From positions 418,755 to 482,754 of the forward strand of contig NIVC01000129.1 in NCBI GenBank assembly GCA_002269645.1: a stretch of DNA of 64,000 bases. Direction: 5' to 3'. Both the position numbers and the translations under genes were made by a program. Origin of the DNA: Macrostomum lignano. Lineage: Eukaryota. Below the pieces are notes generated by a model, which saw only the letters and a list, made by a program, of their open reading frames with translations, was not told the DNA's origin and searched no databases. Shown one piece after another: positions 53,256-64,000 of the stretch (its first letter is position 1; each line of letters begins with the position of its first letter).

Positions 53256-53519
53256 ATGGGGTGATAATTGATTTGACTGAACCATCGGTCTATGCTGGCA
53301 GCGTGTGGCTGGGAAATGATTGCTAAATACAAGAATTGTTTAGCCAGGCGTTTCTCTTGAATCGCTGACGCGCTCTGATGCTTTGTTGGAGATGTTTTCC
53401 ACTTGTTCGTTTTTTTGCTTCTCAGTCACGAATTGCTTTATGTGTACTTGGTTATAATTAAGGTTAGATTGATTCTTGAATGCGATACATGGCCTGTGTC
53501 TTCGGGTAGAGGCTGTCAA

Positions 53520-53722
53520 CAGGTGTACTTTGAGATGGTTTATCAGCCCCAGCCCCAGGTGTACCTTCAGATTGGTTCTCAACTGCTAGGTGTGTGTGTC
53601 TTCAGATGGGTTCTCAACCCCTAGGTGTGTGTACCTTCAGATGGGTTCTCAACCGCTAGGTGTACATTCAGATGGGTTCTCAACCGCTATGTGTACATTC
53701 AGATTGTTTCTTAACCGCTTGG
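53520..53722 (+). repeat. Degenerate ~30-34-bp repeat
   Basis: ttcagatgggttctcaaccgctaggtgtac recurs about 6 times. Confidence 0.7.
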
Positions 53723-53792
53723 TAAACGTAGGCAATAATTAAGTCAGTGTCTAATATAAAAAATCCACTGTTAAAAGCTTCAGCAGCACTGA

Positions 53793-54913
53793 ATGTGGTC
53801 TCAGTCACCTCGTAGCTCAGGCCCGCTCAGCCAACTGCTCAGAGAGCTGTCCACAGACGAATCAGATAATAATAATTATAATATTGACCAGAGCTGCTCA
53901 GACCTGATTTCCGTCTACAAAGCTGCCACAACCGCGTCGGAGTTGAGCAGCGACGCCGACCTGTTTGCAGTGAGTCGCAGTCAGAACTGTTTAGCTGGTC
54001 CTGCTGTGTTTCATCGTTTGAAACAGTCAGCCAAAGGCTCAGCGACTGGACTTCAGCGGCATCTGCTGTCACTGGGCCAGCTCAATCCCCTGATGGACTG
54101 CGGGCACTACTGTACTCTGGTGCTGCCGTGCCGCACTCCTGCAGCCGCTGCAGCCCATGCCCTAGCTCGCTTAACATCAATTAGTCCGGAACAGACTCTT
54201 GATGAAGGGTTAGTAACCGTGTTTTATTCTTTCAGTAATATACATTTTGGCCCTGAAAGCTTCCATCCAGTTTGTAATGTTTTACCAGCCAATCAAAGTG
54301 GCCCAACAAGCAAAAGCTGAGGACACGACCCCAGCCTCAGCCAATGAAAGTAGTCCTGTACCATCTAGATTTTCCCCAGTGCGAAAGACTGAAAATGCTA
54401 TCAGCGAATTTGTCTATGGCAAAACCACATTCAGGGTTATGCGTTTCTAAGAAAATCCGAGTGTATGGCATCCCTCTACTTCAGTTGTCTATGGTCCTTA
54501 TCCATCCAAGCCTTTGGTTCCATTTTAATGACACGATCTGCAACTGTTCCAGCGCTATCAAATGCGGTCAAGCAGCAAAAGCAAAAGAAGACAGCAAAGA
54601 AACCAGCGAAAGCAGCAACAATAGTAGCGAGACTCTGAACTTCCAGACTCCGCCGGAAGGGTTCTCTAACGACACGCCGCCAGAAGCCAAGCGCCGCTGT
54701 ACGGCAGATGAAGTCCGGGAGGCAAACGAGTCCGAGTCTGCCTGCCCCAGCTCAACCTCAGTGTCTGCTGCCAGACTTGAGCTGCGCAGGCTGGCGACTC
54801 AGTCGCTGAGCCGGCTTGCTTCCACACCGGAAGCAGATATTGAACTGGCGGAACTGGCCGTCACCGAATGCGATATGGACGCCGATATTGACTATGTGGC
54901 CCGATATAGTTGA
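53793..54913 (+). CDS. Uncharacterised protein (gene B), 2-3 exons, ~300-345 aa
   Basis: Exon 53793-54208 (donor GG|GTTAGT) joins acceptor tttaccag|C at 54289 in a frame open to TGA 54913. A further small intron at ~54444-54550 is possible. Confidence 0.6.
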
Positions 54914-55169
54914 AAAATTTTCCACCTCTGACCGCTATCGATAATTGAAAATATCTGCTTAAAAATTTACTGACTTCCAAATCTTTTTCGCGCATTTTGG
55001 TTAAATGTCTCTTCAACTCACCTGCAGCAATTATAAATATGATACACCTTTTTATTTTTATCGCGTTTAAATTTTTCTAGTTTGTTGAATTAATTTTTAT
55101 CTAAGAATTTTTGCCCTTGTTTCATTGCCAGTTTCGAAAATTCGCCTGCACTAGCAACAGATCACAGTC

Positions 55170-56295
55170 CTTCATCATCAGATCCCAATCCAGCATCATC
55201 AGATCCCAATCCAGCCTCATCAGATCCCAGTCCAGCATCATCAGATCCTAGTCCAGCCTCATCAGATCCCAGTCCAGCATCATCAGATCCTAGTCCAGTA
55301 TCATCAGATTCCAGTCCAGCATCATCAGATCCCAGTCCAGCATCATCATATCAATCCAACATCATCAGATCCCAGTCCAGCATCATCAGATCAGATCCTA
55401 GTCCAGCCTCATCAGATCCCAGTCCAGCATCATCAGATCCTAGTCCAGTATCATCAGATTCCAGTCCAGCATCATCAGATCCCAATCCAGCATCAGCAGA
55501 TCCCAGTCCAGCATCATCATATCAATCCAACATCATCAGATCCCAATCCAGCATCATCAGATCCCAGTCCAGCATCATCATATCCCAGTCCAGCATCATC
55601 ACCAGTCCAGCATCATCAGATCCCAATCCAGCATCAGCAGATCCCAGTCCAGCATCATCATATCAATCCAACATCATCAGATCCCAATCCAGCATCATCA
55701 GATCCCAGTCCAGCATCATCATATCCCAATCCAGCATCATCAGATCCCAGTTCAGCATCATCAAATCCCAAATTAGCATCATCAGATCCCAGTCCAGCAT
55801 CATCAAATCCCAAATTAGCATCATCAGATCCCAGTCCAGCATCATCAGATCCCAATCCAGCATCATCAGATCCCAAATTAGCATCATCAGATCCCAGTCC
55901 AGCATCATCAGATCCCAATCCAGCATCATCAGATCCCAAATTAGCATCATCAGATCCCAAATTAGCATCATCAGATCCTAGTCCAGCATCATCAGATTCC
56001 AATCCAGCATCATCAGATCCCAATCCAGCATCATCAGATCCCAATCCAGCATCATCAGATCCCGAATTAGCATCATCAGATCCCAGTCCAGCATCATCAG
56101 ATCCCAATCCAGCATCATCAGATTCCAATCCAGCATCATCAGATCCCGAATTAGCATCATCAGATCCCAGTCCAGCATCATCAGATCCCAATCCAGCATC
56201 ATCAGATTCCAATCCAGCATCATCAGATCCCAAATTAGCATCATCAGATCCCAGTCCAGCATCATCAGATCCCAATCCAGCTTCATCATCCAAAT
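55170..56295 (+). repeat. 21-bp minisatellite between gene B and the kinase
   Basis: Unit catcatcagatcccagtccag. Confidence 0.95.
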
Positions 56296-56335
56296 CTCCC
56301 CTCCTATCTCAATATTTATCGCAGCCGCAGCAGCC

Positions 56336-56767
56336 ATGCAGCGCAGCCGATTCACCGTGTCCATCGAAGGCAACATCGGGTCGGGCAAGAGCACCCTGCT
56401 TGAGCACTTCAGCTCGTCGCCATTCGTTACGGACATTCGCGAACCCCTTGAGCAGTGGTGCAACCTGTGCGGCACCAACCCTCTGCGCCGGCTGTACGAG
56501 GACCCCAAGCGCTGGTCGCTGTCGTTCAACCTGTACGCCATGCTCACCCGCCTGCGGATGCACCAGGCCGAATCCAGCAGGCCTGTCCGGCTGCTTGAGC
56601 GCTCCCTGCACAGCACCAGGCACTGCTTTGTTGAGAGCTCCTTTGCTGACGGCAGCCTCTGCTCTGCCGAGTATTCAGTGCTAGTGAAGTACTATGAGCA
56701 CTTGCTGCAGTACAGGCCTGCGGATGTGCGGGTTGACCTCTATGTGTACCTGAGAGCGCCGCCTCAG
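56336..56767 (+). CDS. Deoxyribonucleoside kinase (TK2/insect dNK family), exon 1
   Basis: P-loop IEGNIGSGKST, EPLEQW, ERSLHS, LYVYLRAPP; donor CAG|GTTTGT. Confidence 0.95.
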
Positions 56768-56809
56768 GTTTGTGATATTTAGCATTGATTTAACATCCCA
56801 TACTCTCCC

Positions 56810-57312
56810 AGCTCCTCAGTTGCTAGGCCAGCCTCCAGCTTCTCAGATCCTCAGTTGCTAGGCCAGCCTCCCAGAGTGTCAGTTGCTGGGTCAGCCTCCC
56901 AGATCCTCAGTTGCTGGGCCAGCCTCCCAGAGTGTCAGTTGCTGGTCCAGCCTCCCAGAGTGTCAGTTGCTGTGCCAGCCTCCCAGAGTGTCAGTTGCTG
57001 TGCCAGCCTCCCAGAGTGTCAGTTGCTGTGCCAGCCTCCCAGAGTGTCAGTTGCTGGGTCAGCCTCCCAGAGTGTCAGTTGCTGGTCCAGCCTCCCAGAG
57101 TGTCAGTTGCTGGTCCAGCCTCCCAGTGTCAGTTTCTGGGTCAGCCTCCCAGAGTGTCAGTTGCTGGTCCAGCCTCCCAGAGTGTCAGTTGCTGGGCCAG
57201 CCTTCCAGAGTGTCAGTTGCTGGTCCAGCCTCCCAGAGTGTCAGTTGCTGGTCCAGCCTCCCAGAGTGTCAGTTGCTGGTCCAGTCGCTGGGCCAGCCTC
57301 CCAGATCCCAGT
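56810..57312 (+). repeat. Kinase intron: 28-bp minisatellite (same family as plexin intron 11)
   Basis: Units ctcagttgctgggccagcctcccagatc and tcagttgctggtccagcctcccagagtg. Confidence 0.95.
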
Positions 57313-57360
57313 CTGGCCGCACACCTGACGCAGCCAGCGCCGCCCGTCCCCACCTCACAG

Positions 57361-57708
57361 GTGTGCTACGAGCGCATCCTGTCGCGGTCCCGCTCTGAGG
57401 AGAGCTGCCTGCCCATCGGGCTGATCGAGCGGCTGCACGACCTGCACGAGCGCTGGATCACCAGCTCAGACCTGGGCGCCCCGGTGCTCATCCTGGACGC
57501 CGGGCTCGATCTGGCCTCGATGCGTCGAGTTTGGGACGAAAAGCGGGACATGATTCTGTGCGGCTACTCGGACACCTGTCTGGCTGGTGCGCTGTCGCCT
57601 GGCAACAAGAAGCCGCTAGGGCCGATTCAGTTAGCCCCACCGGTTGGGCAGCGGATGCCGGCAAAGGGTAACACTGTTGCTGAGGAAGTCGCTAAATTGC
57701 AAATTTAG
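57361..57708 (+). CDS. Deoxyribonucleoside kinase, exon 2
   Basis: Acceptor cacctcacag|GTG; LID CYERILSRSRSEE, LHDLHERW, VLILDA; 259 aa in total; AATAAA at ~57952. Confidence 0.95.
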   Translation: MCYERILSRSRSEESCLPIGLIERLHDLHERWITSSDLGAPVLILDAGLDLASMRRVWDEKRDMILCGYSDTCLAGALSPGNKKPLGPIQLAPPVGQRMPAKGNTVAEEVAKLQI

Positions 57709-58744
57709 GGACTTATTTAATAGCCATGAAACCATGCGTAATCCAATGTCTTATGGATTCGTCATCATAGCGTGTGTTCTCCAAAATTTTATTCATTTTT
57801 TATTTTTGCTATTTAATTTGTACACCGTTCTAAATATGCCACTTGCTAATTCATTATTTATTAATCTAACATATCCTGTTAATTTAGGCATTTTCTGCTA
57901 TTTTCCAATTTACGCATTTGCATTCATTTTAGCACACTCTGCTGTTTAATCAATAAAAATATGCATTTTCCTTGTGCGTTTAAGTGTGGCTTCTCTATTT
58001 TTAAAATCTGTCTAATTCTTAGTCAAAACATATGCTATCAATATACTAGTAAAGCCAAAATAATTTTTCTATACTTTTGCACGAAAAAATAATTATGATT
58101 CTTTATAATTTAAGTTCTTATTAAATTAATAATTTTATTATCTGTATTCTGATAAGAGAGCGGGTGTAGAATTCCGACAACTTTGGAATAAAGGGGACGT
58201 GAAACTTTCACATGCGAACTACAATTCATGCACAATATCGCTGCTCAAACCTGCTAGACTCTAGGTAGATTTGAGTCGACTTTTAGGAGACTGCAGTCGC
58301 GGTAATGTCTAAAGGTGAAGGTGAGTGTACACCCCACACCCTAGTTACATGATGTACATGTAGGTAGGATATCTTTCATCAGCCTTGTTCATTCCTTAAT
58401 TAATACAGTATTCGCAGGAGGTTCGCTTTCGGCGACATCATCAAGCGTAATAGGAAAAAAGCAACCTTAAAACTAAGAAAACTTTTAACACAAATTCCTC
58501 AATCCGTTAATTCAAGCTACACAACTCTTCAAGTAACTCTTTAATTAAATCACGCATGTGTCTATGGCCGATCCTACTTCTAATCTCCTCTATTGAAATT
58601 CAAACAGTCTCAAGTGAAGACTAAATCCAGCACCGCTTTATTGTGTAGCTTGAAAGTATTTAATCTAATAACTTTCATGCGTTTCATTGGCAGCCATTTT
58701 TTAACCTAAATTAGACTTCGCCACAATCTCGCCCCGCGGTCGCC

Positions 58745-61700
58745 ATGTCATCCACCAACCTCATCGTGCCAGCGGCGCCAGCCTTTCTCGATCCGCTCAT
58801 CGAGATCGAGTCCTGCTATTACTACGCTGTGCCGAGATTCTTCGGCTTCCACCACCCGAACACTCGCTGGTTGATCGCCATGATCAAGGCCAAGGAGGAG
58901 GACCGGGTCAAGCGGAAGATCGAGCTGAATCCAGAGCTGTTCAAAGGTCGCTACTTCCAGATGGTGGACCATCCGAAACTCTACCTGCCCGATGATCCGT
59001 CTGTTACTCCTATGTTTAAGCGGCAGAGTGTGCTCTACCTGACAGCTTTGGGCATATCTATTTATCTTCGTAGCGTGAGTATTTATTTATTTAATTAATA
59101 GGCCTTCAAAAGGTTTGCGTTGGAGATCAATTAGAGAGCTTGCTCACTTAACCGTTAAACTGTTATCAATGATGACCGTGGCATCCGTGCTTGACTAAAT
59201 TTATTTGTTTGGGGCTTATGTACAAAATTTTGTCGTGGGTTGTCGTGCGACAGGAGTCAGCGAAATGAGCACAATTGCCTTGGCGCTGGTAGTGTGGTGA
59301 TGTCTGTGGTGATGCCGACAGCCCTCCTAGAAAGTTTTTTTTAACCTAGTTAAGGGGAATTGCTGAGATGTCAAGGTTTGTTTAGGGGAATTGCTGAAAT
59401 GTCCAGGATAGGTGGGGGGAATTGTTGAGAGGGTCAATGCTTACGGGGGGAATTGCTGAGATGTCAAGGCAAATAGGATTCACATAAAAAATTTTCGTCC
59501 CTCGCTTATTGGCTGCCCAATAATATTGTTAGTTATTTGCCTGTAATTTTATTTTCACTTTTCCAGATGAGAATTATTTAAAAGCATCAAGAAAATATGC
59601 GAAACCGCTGCATGCAAATTTACCCGCTGGCACATTTCAGCTTCCTCTGATCGACCTGATCTTGTTCCACAAAGACCCATACGGCGCAGTCGTTGGCAGC
59701 CCATACGAGCCGCAGTTTGCTTCGCATCTGCAGGATTTGAAATACGGCGACTTTCACGCGTTCCCGCCGTGCGTGATCATGCTGCGCATGTACTGCTTCG
59801 AGTCCACGGTCAGCCTCCAACAGGCCGGCTGGAACCCCACACAGCCGCTGGCGCTGCCCATGCGACGCCGCTTCGAGCGGAGAGCCTTCTACTTCTACGA
59901 CTGGCTGGAGGCGGCACTCGGCCTACTGTCCGAGCGACCGCTCTACCCGCTGCAGTCGCTGATCCTGAATATGACCCGCAACATGACCATCTACAAGTTC
60001 CTGATGCTACCGACCACTAACCTGCTGCCGCCAACGCCCAAGCAGCGCGTTCCCACCGGTCTAATTGACGTAGAAGAGCTGCCAGTCGGTACTAAAATGG
60101 TTGGAGTTCGTTCCCTATTGGAGATGGCCGAGGACTACGATCGCTACCTGCAGATGCGCAGTTGCGCCATTGAAGTGGCCGCCCTGAAGAGAGAGGCTAC
60201 CGCGGTTGGACTCAACCCGGAGATACTCATGATTCAGGTGAGATTGCTAGTCAGAAAATTAGTTAAAAACACTGTTATAGATACATAGATTATGGGTAAA
60301 ATTCTGTTTTTTTTCTGGTGTTTGATTTAAATTTTAATAATCACCCGCGAGCGTTTTAATAGATAGAATAGGCATTTTGTGTCTCAAAAGACGAGCTCAT
60401 TCCTCACGCAAGGCCCAAGACTACGACGGCTACGTAGCTGACAAGGAGGCAGCCGAAGAGAACGAAAACAACGCCGCCACCGCCGCCCTGCGCAACGCCA
60501 GCAACGTTGCCAACTCGGCCGCGTCCATCAGCGGTTGGTGGCGCAGCTGCGGCCTCGGCCGTCCGCGCCTACCGGACAGGCTGTGGGCGGTTGAACCGGA
60601 CACCCGTCAGCAGCGACTGCTAGCTGTCAACGCTAACAACAGCGCCACGAATGCGGGCAGCGCCTCAACGGCTGACGCACAGAGCCAGCAACGGAACGTC
60701 AGCGCGGCCGCTAAGAAGAAGAAAAAGCCGCGCAATTACGTGTCGGAAGCTCTCCGGGTGTTGTACTACGCGTTGGAGAAGGACAAGACTAGCAAGAGGA
60801 TGCAGGTACGCTGGGGGTCTGGTGTAGTTTTGTAGTTTTGTAAGGGATGATGCCGTGCTTGTCATTTCGTCATGAGTCCAGTACACACCCGAGAACCACG
60901 TGCCAAAGACGATCAGATCGCGAGACATTGTTGGGTTGTCGAGTTCTCATAAAATACCAAACTGAATTTCAGGTGTGCCTGGATTCAATTATTGTTCTCA
61001 GCAAGCGCGGCTTCTTTGTAAACGGCGAACGACTGCCAGCGGACTCATCGCGGGCTCGCGACCTACGCAACGTGGTCACTCTAGTGCTCAACATGATCCA
61101 ACGCGAGCAGGAAAAGCTGGACGTCATATTTGCCAAGATCCAGTCTGGCTATAAGAAATTCCAGCACCTCGAGGAGCACAAAATGCTGGAAAACCGGCGC
61201 CTTGCTTCCGTAGCCAACATCTCTAAAATGATAGCCCTGCTCACACGGATTCTGCTCCACTCGAAGGAGCTCGTGTTCTTTGTCAACTCAAACTTTCCAC
61301 CATTCCCAGCAAACACCGTCGACTTCACCGTTAATTATCGACTGCAGACGAAGTTTAACGACATCAAAATTGGAGTTGTCCAGGAATTCAACTCAATCAA
61401 AGACGGCTGGACCTACCTATCCAAGGAGATGCTGGAGGAGGTGGCGAAGATTAAGTCCATGCAGCTGCACTTCCGCGTTGGCAAGCAGCCGTCAGCGGCC
61501 GCCATCATTGAGGCCAAGAAGGCCGCCCGAAAGTCTGCAATGCGCAACAAGCCGAAGAACAAGAGCAACATGAGCAACACCAACAGCTGCTTTGTCACGT
61601 TCCGCAAGGTGCAGCGGATCCGGGCTCAGCAGCGCCAGCAAGACTGCCTAGCAGTCGGCGATGGGACTCGAACGTCCGCTAAAGAAGCGTTGAATTTATT

Positions 61701-62827
61701 GTCTAAAGAAGCGGCACTGCCAGACTGCACCGGTGAAAGCGAAAATCGTTGGTGGGCGTCTCCTTTGCCACAAAGTCAGACAACGGCAACCGCCGTGGCT
61801 GTCGGCACCGACGCGGACGGCACGCCGGCAGCGGACGCAAACGACATTAGCGAGCAAGCAGCTGTTGATGCGAGCGAATGCTATCAAATCGACGCCGCAG
61901 AAACCGGCCTGGACGAGGAGGCGCAATTGTTGCACGATCTCACCGAAGGATGCGACGGACTCTCCGAGACCGGCTTGCTAATGAACAGTCTTTACCGGGA
62001 GGTGCAGGACTTGCTGAAGTCGCAGGGCGATACAGATTCGGCTGCTACTCGTGTGAGTATCGCTTTTATTATAACAAAATTCCTGTCAGACCCGGGTGTA
62101 TATGTAGGACGCCGTACATTGAAGGGTTTTAGGATTGATCGATGGTAACTCTAGCCATAGTTTTATCCTTCGTCCTAACCATTTTTATGTGTTGAGGGGA
62201 GAAAGGTTTCTATTACTTGTTGTCTGAAAAACGGTAGATTCGTTATAAGACACATGATGAAAATATTATCATGCCTCAACGTGGTTTATTGTATTATATT
62301 CTAGATATATCAAATGCATATTAAAAAGAGGATTGTAGCCTAGTGATTAGAGCGTCGGACTCAAGACTTTAAGGTCGGGGATCGATTCCCGATCCCACCG
62401 GAATAATTTGTGTCCTTGAGCAAGACACCTAAATCTGCATTGCTTCAGTTCACCTTGCTGTATAATAGCTAGGTGCCAGCATTAGCTGGGGTAATTGAAG
62501 GTTGTGTGGCGACCCCCCAGTCCTTGGACTGAACAGCCGTGCGCAGCCTTCAGATGAGCTGTCGGTTGCACATCTGCCCATTAGGGGTGTGTGATCAATT
62601 ATATTAATTATTGTTATTAATAGATTAAAATCCGCAAAGCGCTATTAAATTAAAAAAGCCACCACTAAAAATTTATTTTTCAGACACCTCAGTCAAAGAC
62701 AAACAAAGGCGGATGCGACGACACAGCGACCATCGAACCGAAGCCGGGTACAGAAGAGCGAATCAGCTTGAATCAGTCGAGCTACTGCGGTCGCCAAGGC
62801 ACTGGCTCCGAAGTCTTTGACTGGTAG
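58745..62827 (+). CDS. Uncharacterised protein (gene C), 5 exons, ~860 aa
   Basis: Exons ~58745-59027/59074, ~59567-60237, 60413-60805, 60973-62052 and 62684-62827 (TAG). The last three junctions are phase 0 with good splice sites; the first junction is ambiguous. Family not recognised. Confidence 0.7.
59350..59520 (+). repeat. Diverged copy of the 27-bp-unit element seen at 3113-3380
   Basis: Units ggggaattgctgagatgtcaagg followed by caaataggat...aattttcgtc...gcttattggc, as at 3320-3375. Confidence 0.8.
62328..62542 (+). mobile_element. tRNA-derived SINE with CORE-like central domain (copy 2, full head)
   Basis: A-box tagcctagtgattag, B-box ggatcgattcc, core tgtgtccttgagcaagacacctaaatctgcattgcttcagttcacc; shares its 3' part with 20731-20914. 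Confidence 0.85.
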
Positions 62828-64000
62828 ACGGGATTCTCTTTAACTGTGAAACTGGGCTCATGCTCGAGTAAAGAATTGCTTCCAAACATTGGGTAATTTT
62901 CTATACTTTAAAATGTAACCGGCTGCTTCATTTACTTAATACACTCTACCTTCTTGTAAAAGCATTTACCGCGTATATACTCGCCTATGAACCAGCCCCC
63001 GATCTGCAGTGCGCCTATTGTAATGTCGTAATGTCGCAAAGAATGCACAACGAAAAGGCACTGCACCCACCAACAAAACTCGCCAACAAAAGTGCTAAAC
63101 CCGTCGCCAGCTTTCTAAACTGTACGACAAAAACTCTCTTGCAATTGTCGATCACTTGAACCGTCTTGTCTACTTAGGTTTCCCAACTTAGTTTTTCATT
63201 TGCTAACAAAAATTTATTTACTATAACTTTTACACACGGCAGCATATTTTAGCGCACGACCGTTAAACCTCGAAGCTTAGTTGCCTTTCTGTCAGTCAGA
63301 GTCTGCTTTGCTTTTTACCGATTTGCAGTGTTCCAAGAACTTCTAGGTTCCACAGCGACTGCGTGCGCTGATTACATTTTTGTGCTCAAAATTTGAGAGA
63401 GAACGGCTCGGAAACGGCGGTTGATGACGCGCTAAACGAATTTCTCTCCAATTTTTTAACGAGTCCTTAGTCCAGTCAGCAGTACTCTCGTATGCAGCTT
63501 CTGTCTCTGTAAAATCATTCAGCTGTACGCAACTTTACGTTCCACTTTGCATTCTTTTTGCACTTCAAGGCTAAGTTTCTATGTGTGTTTTTTTGTACAC
63601 AGTCACTCAGTGTTTAGATTCACTTTTTTGCATTTATGGTATTTTTGCGTAAGTTTAATTTAATTTCAGCGACGCAACCCCCTTGTCAGTAAAACAGTGT
63701 GACACTGGAAAATCATATTTTTAACTGCTGCCCCCTCTTGCTAAATGCAATAAAAATGAGTTTAAAACGGCTTCAAATAGTTTTACAACCAATTCAGATT
63801 CATTATTTAGTTGAGAAAATACTTTCGGTTGTTTTATGGCTTTTTGATTTAACCATTTTGATTTCTTATTCATATATATTGACAAGGTAGTAGGGGAATT
63901 GAAAGTGCCTGACAGTCCTGCCGTGATCGGGCGTTCGGTCCTCAAACGTCGGTTTCAAAATCGGAACGTCTGTCCACTGATTTACCGTTGGTTTCTCTAT

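Noticed and set aside
55658-56293. 211-aa DDAGLGS repeat ORF resembling an acidic matrix protein
   Set aside because: It coincides exactly with a 21-bp minisatellite and is antisense to the flanking genes. Several frames are open and there are no splice or terminal domains.

Overview
This window is eukaryotic (metazoan) genomic DNA: GC-rich exons, GT-AG introns packed with micro- and minisatellites, and no prokaryotic features. The repeat style resembles a free-living flatworm such as Macrostomum; that is an inference only. Minus strand: a 3-exon gene for a ~560-aa low-complexity protein (43-5083); a 19-exon plexin of ~2170 aa (9685-40233; Sema, 3 PSI, IPT repeats, TM, split RasGAP, RBD) with one apparent 1-nt frameshift; and an intronless gene joining an hnRNP C/RALY/NCOA5-type RRM to a BCL11-type CCHC+C2H2 zinc-finger pair (42177-43496). 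Plus strand: four closely spaced genes, namely RPL17, an unidentified gene, a deoxynucleoside kinase with an unusual base pocket, and an unidentified ~860-aa gene. Between the two groups lies a ~7-kb CpG-depleted, TpA-rich tract (44.1-51.3 kb) containing a dead piggyBac and intact small MITEs. Most long ORFs in the supplied track are translations of tandem repeats. Best leads: the RRM-ZnF fusion, the RIP-like hypermutated tract, the hybrid kinase pocket, and the intron-specific minisatellite arrays. All exon boundaries and counts were worked out by hand.
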